A stretch of 64,000 bases of DNA from Tortispora ganteri (lineage: Eukaryota), in assembly GCA_003707115.1 (NCBI GenBank), contig PPNB01000022.1, forward strand, positions 1 to 64,000. Direction: 5' to 3'. The position numbers were made by a program, and so were the translations under genes. Position 1 is the stretch's first letter. Each line of letters opens with the position of its first letter. The notes under the pieces were generated by a model. It worked only from the letters and a program-made list of their open reading frames with translations, was not told the DNA's origin and did no database searches. Positions 55,795 through 64,000 of the stretch are shown one piece after another.

Positions 55795-56052
55795 GTAAAT
55801 TAAAATTGAATATGAAACTATTGTTGCTTTTTGCAAAGGGTCGTTCGTTTTCACATGCAGGGGGTCCTTCTAAGCCGCACGAACTAGCTTATTTCTTAGT
55901 TTCCTCCCCCTTGCATTTCGGGAGTTAGAAACTGCGCGTTTTTCCACCTTCTCATATTGTCTGTCCTCGGTAGTTTTTACGCTGCATTCTCTCATAGTCG
56001 CTGATATTGGTGATATTATAATTATATTTATTGGACTAAAAAGCAGAAAATA

Positions 56053-57930
56053 ATGAATAACACGAAAGAGGAATCATATTTCAGCAGAATGTACTCACAA
56101 CAACCTGTGGGCACGCCCTCAGAACAACCACCAAACAACCAAGACACAAAGACATATCAAGAATATTCGGCCGCTCTTAGCCAACAGCAGAAACTACACC
56201 CTCTTCCTGCTTCTAACCCTATGTCTATTTTACAAGAAGTTCAAATTCAGGGTGTTTCAGAGCATAATCAGCACCTATACGCCAATGCATCTGCTCTGCG
56301 CCAACAACAGATCCAACAACAGTATGAGGCAGAAAACAACGCCACTTTGAACACTAAGAATGACGCATCTCGCCTCGATATGCCACCACCCTTGTTTTAT
56401 CCGCGCAAAGGATCCAGTCGGAATTCCTCGCCGACCCGACAACCGGCGCAGCCACAGGCCAATGTACAGAGGGTATCAGTTCACAGCGACTTCGCTCCGA
56501 CATCGTTTGGTGGCGGAAACGCGCAGGATCTGGTCGCTTTTGACCGCCATCCGGAAGCGTTTTCAGAGAAAACTCTAGACCGTGCAACAGCTTGTAAATT
56601 GAAGATCGAGCACTACTATCAAATGTGCGTCGCGCATGCCGTTGAGCGAAATCAACGACGCATCGAGCTCGAGCAAAAACTACAAAAGGAACGTGGGTCT
56701 GAAGAACGAAAATCACGTCAATTAGCGTCACTTGGTAAGAAAGAGTCCGCTTTCTTGCGCCTCAGGCGCACTAGGTTGAGTCTAGATGATTTCCAAACCG
56801 TGAAGGTCATCGGCAAGGGCGCATTTGGCGAGGTGCGACTCGTACAGAAGAAAGACACGGGCAAGATTTATGCTATGAAGACCTTACTGAAGTCAGAAAT
56901 GTACAACAAAGAACAACTGGCACATGTAAAAGCAGAAAGAGATGTGCTGGCAGGTGCTGACTCCCCCTGGGTTGTGTCGCTGTACTACTCGTTTCAAGAC
57001 TCGCAGTATCTTTACCTGATTATGGAGTTTCTGCCAGGTGGAGACCTTATGACAATGCTTATTAACTACGATGTGTTTTCAGAAGATGTCACTAGATTTT
57101 ATATGGCCGAATGTGTTTTAGCCATAGAGGCTATTCACAAGCAAGGATTTATTCATCGCGACATCAAGCCGGACAATGTCTTAATAGACAAGAATGGACA
57201 CATTAAACTGTCAGACTTTGGTCTGTCTACGGGATTTCACAAGACACATGACTCTAAATACTATAAAAAGCTGTTACAGCAGCAGCAAGAGCAAAGAAAA
57301 GATACCGAACCTGAATCGATAGACGCGATCCACTTAACTATGAACCGCCAACAGATCCAGACATGGCGAAAATCAAGACGTATCATGGCTTACTCTGCGG
57401 TAGGAACGCCGGACTATATAGCCCCTGAAATATTTGGCAATCAAGGATACGGAATGGAATGTGATTGGTGGTCATTAGGAGCGATTATGTACGAATGTCT
57501 AGTCGGATTCCCGCCGTTCTGCTCCGATACGCCTGCGGAGACTTACCGCAAGATTGTGAACTGGCCGTACACTCTGCAATTTCCTAGCGAAGTTTATCTA
57601 TCTGCAGAAGCCGAAGATCTCATTAGACGACTGCTAACTTCGTCAGAGAACCGCATTGGCAGAGTATCAGCTGACGAGATCAAAGCGCATCCTTTCTTCC
57701 GAGGAGTGAACTGGGAGACAGTGCGTGACTTTGCCGCGCCATTTGTACCGAAACTTAGTTCTGTCACTGATACGTCATACTTTCCGCTGGATGAGCTCGA
57801 GAAGGTGTCAGAAAACATACCTGCGCCGGCTGCGAGCAATGGAGAGAACGAAGCGCTGCGGGAAAACTTGCCGTTTATTGGTTACACATTTTCGAGGTTT
57901 GACTATTTGACGCGGAAGAATGCGCTGTGA
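56053..57930 (+). CDS. CBK1: NDR-family kinase Cbk1/Orb6/Cot-1 (RAM network)
   Basis: 'KLKIEHYY...AVERNQRR', '[25 protein letters not shown]', '[15 protein letters not shown]', '[14 protein letters not shown]', '[11 protein letters not shown]'. Confidence 0.96.
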   Translation: MNNTKEESYFSRMYSQQPVGTPSEQPPNNQDTKTYQEYSAALSQQQKLHPLPASNPMSILQEVQIQGVSEHNQHLYANASALRQQQIQQQYEAENNATLNTKNDASRLDMPPPLFYPRKGSSRNSSPTRQPAQPQANVQRVSVHSDFAPTSFGGGNAQDLVAFDRHPEAFSEKTLDRATACKLKIEHYYQMCVAHAVERNQRRIELEQKLQKERGSEERKSRQLASLGKKESAFLRLRRTRLSLDDFQTVKVIGKGAFGEVRLVQKKDTGKIYAMKTLLKSEMYNKEQLAHVKAERDVLAGADSPWVVSLYYSFQDSQYLYLIMEFLPGGDLMTMLINYDVFSEDVTRFYMAECVLAIEAIHKQGFIHRDIKPDNVLIDKNGHIKLSDFGLSTGFHKTHDSKYYKKLLQQQQEQRKDTEPESIDAIHLTMNRQQIQTWRKSRRIMAYSAVGTPDYIAPEIFGNQGYGMECDWWSLGAIMYECLVGFPPFCSDTPAETYRKIVNWPYTLQFPSEVYLSAEAEDLIRRLLTSSENRIGRVSADEIKAHPFFRGVNWETVRDFAAPFVPKLSSVTDTSYFPLDELEKVSENIPAPAASNGENEALRENLPFIGYTFSRFDYLTRKNAL

Positions 57931-57947
57931 GTTTTGCATATTAGATA

Positions 57948-58577
57948 CTAGAACTGTTTCACAGGTTCAGACAATCTAGATGAATGGTAAAGGTTGTCTA
58001 TATGCGGTTTTATAGCGTTAAAGACTTTGTGGGGCTCATTGGCGCCGTTGACCACAATCGAACTGGTGGACGTTTCCTCTTTGAGCAGTGTATGAAATTG
58101 AGATATGACTTTTTTCTGGAACTCTAGTTTTTCGTAGCGCTCTTCACCATAGTTTCCGCGTGCAGCCGCCGTTTCTGGGTCTACGTCGATGAACAGTGTA
58201 AGGTCGGGTATAGGCAGACCGCGATCGCATGCTGCACACCAGGTAGGATCCAGACCCTTAGCAGCAGAATAGGCAATACCTGAGAATATATATCTGTCCA
58301 GTAATACAGTCTTACCACTATCAAGAAGTGAATAAATCTTCTCGACAAGTTCCCACCTGTTAGCGGAAAACAGGAGATGTATGCTCTGGTCAGATAGCGC
58401 TACGTTGGGATCGGAGAGGTACGCGTTTATCATCTTACCAATAGTTGTGGATCTCACGGGAAACTTGATAAGTTCAGGATTTTGAGCGGTAGCCGCAAGG
58501 TACTCAAGCACGTTTACGCACTGTGTAGATTTTCCCGCCCTATCTGGGCCTTCAATGACAATTAAAGCGCCCCTCAT
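57948..58577 (-). CDS. CDC8: Thymidylate kinase
   Basis: 'RGALIVIEGPDRAGKSTQ', 'HLLFSANRWE', 'LDRYIFSGIAYS', 'YGEERYE'. Confidence 0.96.
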   Translation of the reverse strand: MRGALIVIEGPDRAGKSTQCVNVLEYLAATAQNPELIKFPVRSTTIGKMINAYLSDPNVALSDQSIHLLFSANRWELVEKIYSLLDSGKTVLLDRYIFSGIAYSAAKGLDPTWCAACDRGLPIPDLTLFIDVDPETAAARGNYGEERYEKLEFQKKVISQFHTLLKEETSTSSIVVNGANEPHKVFNAIKPHIDNLYHSSRLSEPVKQF

Positions 58578-58743
58578 TGGACGTGCTGCGTAATGGTGAA
58601 AGGAAGAGGTGAAGGAATCAGATGGTAAAGCTTAATTAAAATAAAGTTTCATCGACAAGATTTTTCGACACCAACGATTTGTTGAAAGCGGTTTTTTATT
58701 TTACGATACAACTGCGGGGGGCCAAAATATAAGAGGAAGCAAA

Positions 58744-59247
58744 ATGATTAGACGGCCAATATTACGGCTATGTATGCGTAATTCAGCTTATAGAATGACT
58801 CACACACATATAACACTAGCAGGACTACCGTGGCGAGGACGGCGGACATTTAGCAACAGCGGAATGATGTGGCACGGGCACATAAAGAAGCCAAAACCCG
58901 GTGAAGAGATTAATGTGACATTTATTACGAAAGACGGGGTACAGGTCCCTGTACAGGGTAATGTAGGCGATAACCTATTGGACTTAGGTCAGGCCAATGA
59001 CATGGAAATGGAAGGAGCATGTGGAGCATCTTGCGCATGCTCGACCTGCCATGTAATTATTGATCCCGAGTACTATGATCTCATTGAAGAACCTTCAGAC
59101 GACGAGAATGACATGCTTGATCTGGCTTTTGGATTGACAGAAACTTCACGGCTGGGCTGCCAGGTGCACTTGACAAAAGAGCTGGACGGCATGCGAGTCG
59201 CATTGCCTGCAATGACCCGCAACTTACAAAAGAAAGATTTCGAGTAA
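58744..59247 (+). CDS. YAH1: Mitochondrial [2Fe-2S] ferredoxin (adrenodoxin-type)
   Basis: 'MEGACGASCACSTCHVI...DENDMLDLAFGLTETSRLGCQ', with an Arg-rich presequence. Confidence 0.96.
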   Translation: MIRRPILRLCMRNSAYRMTHTHITLAGLPWRGRRTFSNSGMMWHGHIKKPKPGEEINVTFITKDGVQVPVQGNVGDNLLDLGQANDMEMEGACGASCACSTCHVIIDPEYYDLIEEPSDDENDMLDLAFGLTETSRLGCQVHLTKELDGMRVALPAMTRNLQKKDFE

Positions 59248-59291
59248 GTTAGTTATATATTCACATTTCGTATCATAATCGTAATTTACAA

Positions 59292-60080
59292 TTAGCTGTT
59301 CTTCACCATATCAAGGAATGACTGTTTCGACAGATCTGTCAGCACTTCTTTCCGTTTGTCAGTGCCTTTGATATCTTTGGTGTTAGCGCCAGCCATTCGA
59401 AGCTGGGCGGCCATCACCGCGTTAAACAACTTCACCGCACCTCTCTGTGCGGTTTTTTTCAAAATCTTCTCCTTTTCAAATCCATTACCTTCGTTATTTT
59501 CTTCGTTATTGTACCAGTATGTTAAGTCGCTAATATGACCTCTGTTCTTTTTTTGGTTCTCTTCAAGTTTCAGTAACCGTCGAGCCTTCAGCTCCATCTT
59601 TTGGTTCTCAAGCTTTGCAACAGCATTGCTGCGTATCAGAATGGGGTTCTCTCGATTGTATGCCTTGACATGCGAAGAAATTAGAGAGCTAAACGCATTA
59701 GAGAAACTCTCCTTAGAGTTGTTCTTCCTCGGTGCCTTCGTTTTCATCATATTGTTATAATCTTCCAGGTCTGATTCGCTCTCAGATTCATCACTACTTT
59801 CCTTCGCTTCATCGTCTTCACTCTCATTCTCTTCACTCTCATCATCTTCACCCTCAACCTCTCCTTCGCTATTTTCTCCCTTATCGCTTGCATCAGTGGC
59901 TTCTGCACTTGCCTCTGTCTCACTTAAAACTCCGCCGGGTTCGTCTTCATCCTCCCGATCCCGCTTGCTGTTACTATTCAGTGAAGTTTCCGGTCCATTT
60001 AGATCAGTAGCAAAAGTCACAGACTTCTTTGGTTTACCGTTCCCGTTGTCTTGCTTTCTACGCTTACGTTCCTGGCTCAT
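59292..60080 (-). CDS. RRP15: Ribosome biogenesis protein Rrp15
   Basis: Acidic N-half, 'FSNAFSSLISS', 'PILIRS', 'EKILKKTAQRGAVKLFNAV', 'LSKQSFLDMV'. Confidence 0.88.
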   Translation of the reverse strand: MSQERKRRKQDNGNGKPKKSVTFATDLNGPETSLNSNSKRDREDEDEPGGVLSETEASAEATDASDKGENSEGEVEGEDDESEENESEDDEAKESSDESESESDLEDYNNMMKTKAPRKNNSKESFSNAFSSLISSHVKAYNRENPILIRSNAVAKLENQKMELKARRLLKLEENQKKNRGHISDLTYWYNNEENNEGNGFEKEKILKKTAQRGAVKLFNAVMAAQLRMAGANTKDIKGTDKRKEVLTDLSKQSFLDMVKNS

Positions 60081-60334
60081 TTTTTTTTTTGAGATTTCTG
60101 AACTATTAAGTCTGTTTCTGAGTTAGGTTTTTCGCCTAGTTTTCAAATGTACATCTAATACCCTAACCCTATAAGACACACTGCCTGTTAATTGACCTCT
60201 GCCGCCTACAGGCCCTAATATTCTACATCTATATCATAGTATAGAGCAGTATTATTGCAAATATATATTTAATGGAACATTATTTGTGCTAGGTATGCTA
60301 GTGGTATGATGAAACCAAGGTTATACCCGTTACA

Positions 60335-61747
60335 ATGCCTATTACTGCACCACTTATGTTCGCAAAGCTTATTTCACCATTCGACATGACGTCCGTGCTG
60401 CGGCCATACGCGCATCCCGCGCCCGATCCTGCGATCTTTGCCCTGCGAGTCTTTCCAGATGATAATTCTGGAATTGCACGTGCCGTTCCTTCTGATTATA
60501 TTGCCGATATCGACTATAATGACCACTATATAGCAGATTCCGCGAAATCTATAGTCTCCAGCGCGTTCCGACTAGGGATACGCAGGTACATGCGTGTGTT
60601 GATCAGTCAGCCATTCGAAGTATCGAGAACAATTCTTCAGTCAGAGTGTTTTGCCCCGCAACCTGCGCACCTTAGCAAACTGCGTGCAATTACTTACCCC
60701 GATCAGTATGCACCCGATGAGGATGAAGACGACGATGATGAGACTTCCTACTTCTCTAATATTGACGACTCCACAGCAACTCTACCAGCAAGATCTCCTT
60801 CTTCAAAGAATCGCAAACATAATGCTAATCACCATAACAATCAGAATTTAGACTACCGAATCGCTCAACACGAACCTTATATCAGTTCGGTCGCAAACGC
60901 ACTCTGGATTGCTAACGGGCCGTGGGGTATTTGGAAGGCGACACATATATCGTATATGCAGGGGATAATGGACTCTGTCTTATGCGCCTGGGTGTCAGGT
61001 TTAGCTTCTGCGATGTTTAACATCCCTGACCCAACAGTTATAGGAATCCTCGAAACTACGCGCCCCTTCGCTCTCATTATTAACAGAGTGCTTTCCAAGC
61101 TGGTGTCCACTTTACTGCTTATGCCTGTGGATCTCATCCGCACCAGAATTATTCTTTCTCCAGTGCAGGATCATCCGCGGTCATTTGTGAAATCGCTTAA
61201 CGCGCTGCCCTCCCTGCTGTGTCCGTCCTCGCTCGTACTGCCGGCTGCTTTTCACAGTGCAATCACCACGGCATTCACACCTATATCTCTCTACCTACTA
61301 CGGTCTAACTTTCACATGGATCCTTCAGTATACCCGGGTCTTTACAGACTGGCACACTTGATTTCCTCGCTTACAGAGTCGATATTCAGGCTGCCAATGG
61401 AAACTGTGCTGCGGCGAGCCCAAGTGTCTCACCTCTTCGAAGTGTACAACAGTACTCCCGAAGGCCGTGAGAAAATATATGACTGTACAGGTACTATGAA
61501 TGTAAGCATTACGGGAAGCGTAACCGGTCAGAGTGTTGGATTCCGAACAGTCGTGCCCGTATTGCCTATTTATGGAGGCATCCTGCCATCATTATGGGAA
61601 CTCGTACGCTACGAGTCAGGGGCAGGTGGATCCAAATTGGAGACCCTCTGGCGCGGCTGGAGGGCCAGTGCGATTGGAATAATCAGTTTCTGGGCACTTG
61701 AAACGGTAAGCGACGATAAAAATGACCTGGAAATTGCAGAAATATGA
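60335..61747 (+). CDS. UGO1: Mitochondrial outer-membrane fusion protein Ugo1 (carrier-fold)
   Basis: 'LRPY', 'YMRVLISQPFEVSRTILQ', 'GPWGIWKA', carrier motifs 'PVDLIRTRI' and 'LPMETVLRRAQ', 'LWRGWR'. True start may be 60386 (MTSVLRPY). Confidence 0.82.
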   Translation: MPITAPLMFAKLISPFDMTSVLRPYAHPAPDPAIFALRVFPDDNSGIARAVPSDYIADIDYNDHYIADSAKSIVSSAFRLGIRRYMRVLISQPFEVSRTILQSECFAPQPAHLSKLRAITYPDQYAPDEDEDDDDETSYFSNIDDSTATLPARSPSSKNRKHNANHHNNQNLDYRIAQHEPYISSVANALWIANGPWGIWKATHISYMQGIMDSVLCAWVSGLASAMFNIPDPTVIGILETTRPFALIINRVLSKLVSTLLLMPVDLIRTRIILSPVQDHPRSFVKSLNALPSLLCPSSLVLPAAFHSAITTAFTPISLYLLRSNFHMDPSVYPGLYRLAHLISSLTESIFRLPMETVLRRAQVSHLFEVYNSTPEGREKIYDCTGTMNVSITGSVTGQSVGFRTVVPVLPIYGGILPSLWELVRYESGAGGSKLETLWRGWRASAIGIISFWALETVSDDKNDLEIAEI

Positions 61748-62204
61748 TAATCTGTACCGATTTATATAAAGTTACCCGGCCTGCTGTATGGAAAGGTGCA
61801 AGAAGAAAAACACAAAGGCAAATTGGCAGTGCAGAATTTTTGGTACTAATACAAATACCACCCTTCAAATTGAATCCATTAGAAAGTGGAGCGACGGCGA
61901 TTTATTACGACCTTTCGAGGTCGAAATGTTTGTCGATCGCTAGCCAGGATTCTACCGTAGGGGAAGAATAAAATATAGCAGCCTAAAACCATCGCTACGA
62001 GGGCCCGAACGCGTGGCACCCATGACCTTGTGATGACCTGATGCATGCTACATCGTTCTTGCGAATGTGTTTAGTTTAGCTATGTAGAAATACGTATAAT
62101 GAATATTACGAGTGTACAGTACGGTTATTCATAGAAATGGCAAAGATGAGCGACCTGAATGTAATGCGATGTGTATACAATGCATGACGTTGTCGCAACC
62201 AAGC

Positions 62205-62691
62205 TCACGTCATAGCGTCAAGAGCACAGCACACGCACAGCGCGCCAAGACAGGCAAGGAGACAAGACGTTCCGTCCATACCCACAGCTTGCTGCTGCTG
62301 TTGCTGGTATACGGGCTGTCCATAGCCTTGTGGCGGGTATCCACCTTGTGGCGGATAGCCCTGCTGATAGCCTTGTTGATAACCTTGCGGCGGATACCCT
62401 TGTGGTGGATACCCTTGCGGAGGGTAGCCGCCCTGTTGAGGATAGCCACCTTGTTGAGGATAGCCTTGCTGATTGTTGCCAAAAAAACCTCTGTCCTGCA
62501 CTGGAGGATCAGAGGACGACTGGTCGTAGTCAGGAGGGGGCACATTGCCTGCTTGGTATTGCTAAGACTGTTAGAATGCTGGAAGCAGACAGGATGTCGG
62601 GCAGCTCCCGATAATACGGCAAAATGGTATCGGTACCGCTGAATAAATCGGTACCACATCTGCGGTCGAAAATACTTACATCCTTTCCCAT
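62205..62691 (-). CDS. CYSTM-domain (Cys-rich tail-anchored) protein with GYPPQ repeats; two exons, 62691-62680 and 62561-62205
   Basis: Exon 1 is ATG GGA AAG GAT (MGKD), followed by GTAAGT. Exon 2 is in frame: QYQAGNVPPPDY...(GYPPQ)n...'SCLLACLGALCVCCALD'. 122 aa in total. Confidence 0.85.
62562..62679 (-). other. Spliceosomal intron (118 nt) of the CYSTM gene
   Basis: Donor GTAAGT at 62679-62674, branch TTCTAAC (CTAAC 62574-62570), acceptor TAG ending 62562. A phase-0 join restores the reading frame. Confidence 0.82.
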
Positions 62692-62943
62692 GAATGACGT
62701 GTAGAAAAATGGAAGTGCGGGAAAATCGAATAATGAGCCACAGGTATAGGTGTCTAGGGACCCCTTTGGGATGGGTGGGTTGGTTGGTGATAGGTACACC
62801 AAACGGGCGTGGCTTTGGAATAGAGTTTAGACCAGATCCAGTAAACAGTAAGAACGGTTCTGAAAGATCGCACAATAAGGTCCAGGGCAGTATCCCGCAC
62901 GTGCTTCAATTTCTCTTAGAAAATAAATCGAAAGAAAAAGAAA

Positions 62944-63924
62944 TCACGAGGTAGCATTCTTCTTGCTTGTTGTCTCGAGGTTTGACTGTTTGTCCGAACT
63001 GGGAGTCTTCTTGGACCGCTTCTTTGCCTTAGTGGTGCCCGAAGGGGAAGGGGAAGGAGAAGGATCAGTTGCGCCAGGGTTGGACGCGTGCGATGCATCG
63101 ACCTCATTAAAAGGCTTAGCCGCTTTGGTTTTCTTAGAAGCAAATTTGGTCGACTTATTCTGTTTTGATTTTGATCGTTTCGAGAGCTTGGAAGACTTCG
63201 AACTGACATCCGTCTGAAGCTGCTTGTCTTTCTCAGCTTCCAATATATGAGCAGCGGACTGATCGTCAGATCCTTTGAAATCAGAAGTGATTAATTCGAT
63301 CGGTTTTGGAGGTTCCTTTTCTGCGGCTGCGGCTGCTGCCCTTTCTCGTCTCCCTGGCTTAGCTGGTTTAGAAGACTTGGCATTTTTAGATGGTTTGCTG
63401 GTCTTCGCTTTGGAGTTGGCATCCTCTGCGTCTTTCGAAGCTGTTTTCTTCCTTGATTTGGCTTTCTTCGATTTGGCAGACTCAGTTCCATTTGCATTTT
63501 TACCTTTCTGACTCTTTTCAGACTTAGGCAGTGATACCACATAGTTCGGGTCTTTCCATTTGAGGTACATGATGTTCTCTCTGAATGTGTTGTTTAGCGG
63601 ATCTGGATTATTCTCGCTTTTTATTGGAGTGTCCTGGTTGATTGCAGGCTCTACACTTAACATCAATGACCCAGATAGCTCTGTGTGTCCGTGCATAAGA
63701 GTTCCTGAGACAGAATTTATAAACGATCTCGCTAGTTCTTCGGTCTTGAAGGTCACATAAGCATAGCCTGGGTGCTCCAATCGGGTCATTCTCTCCTTCT
63801 TACCAGGCTCAAAGCGCATGTACACCGCCGCATCAGCAGGTATATCACCTGCATATTTTAACAAATGATTCGCAAAATCGGTCTCGGTCGCATCATACGG
63901 AATATTGCGCACATGGACCTTCAT
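62944..63924 (-). CDS. UPF3: Nonsense-mediated decay factor Upf3 (Smg4/UPF3 RRM-like domain plus Lys-rich tail)
   Basis: 'KVHVRNIPYDATETDF...RFEPGK...HPGYAYVTF...FINSVSG...SVEPAINQ...DPLNNTF...YLKW' follows the UPF3 domain layout, then a basic low-complexity tail. Confidence 0.7.
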   Translation of the reverse strand: MKVHVRNIPYDATETDFANHLLKYAGDIPADAAVYMRFEPGKKERMTRLEHPGYAYVTFKTEELARSFINSVSGTLMHGHTELSGSLMLSVEPAINQDTPIKSENNPDPLNNTFRENIMYLKWKDPNYVVSLPKSEKSQKGKNANGTESAKSKKAKSRKKTASKDAEDANSKAKTSKPSKNAKSSKPAKPGRRERAAAAAAEKEPPKPIELITSDFKGSDDQSAAHILEAEKDKQLQTDVSSKSSKLSKRSKSKQNKSTKFASKKTKAAKPFNEVDASHASNPGATDPSPSPSPSGTTKAKKRSKKTPSSDKQSNLETTSKKNATS

Positions 63925-64000
63925 CGCATGGCGTACTTAATATCTATCGTTGTAAGACCCCAGATAGATATTCATCGAATCATGGTTACTATGATGATTT

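Noticed and set aside
60161..60171. CCCTAACCCTA as telomerase RNA template or telomere remnant
   Set aside because: Sits in a 254-bp divergent promoter with no room for a TER; better explained as a Tbf1-type site.
62112..62875. 176-aa (+) and 221-aa (-) ORFs over the CYSTM gene
   Set aside because: Alternative-frame and antisense shadows of the GYPPQ repeat region, with non-ATG starts.

Overview
Gene-dense, almost intron-free fungal DNA. The gene set and architecture point to a budding yeast (Saccharomycotina) using the standard code (CTG sits at invariant Leu positions). I can support 29 protein-coding genes: CRS1 (3' end only), ARG5,6, RPL14, a very divergent Rec8/Rad21-type kleisin, DBF2, SNC1/2, a 2-methylcitrate-synthase-type enzyme, ADE4, an orphan F-box protein, two tandem DHA1 MFS transporters, MED15/GAL11 (61-Gln tract), PAS kinase, HSP12, CHS5, OLA1, a Zn2Cys6 regulator with a ~3 kb gene-free upstream region, GOR1, TRA1, YJU2, TRK, SLN1, CBK1, CDC8, YAH1, RRP15, UGO1, a spliced CYSTM protein and UPF3. 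I recognised no tRNA, rRNA, transposon or CRISPR, and I cannot support a wholly new multi-gene system here. The best leads are: the cryptic kleisin with separase-type sites, sharing a 214-bp promoter with DBF2; two-ATG mitochondrial/cytosolic designs in OLA1 and GOR1; a start-overlapping mini-uORF on the NMD factor UPF3; an intron missed by the ORF track, with a tandem 'poison' acceptor; an apparently decayed CHS5 tail; and the 3-kb AT-rich gap. All family assignments come from motif recognition by eye, not database searches.
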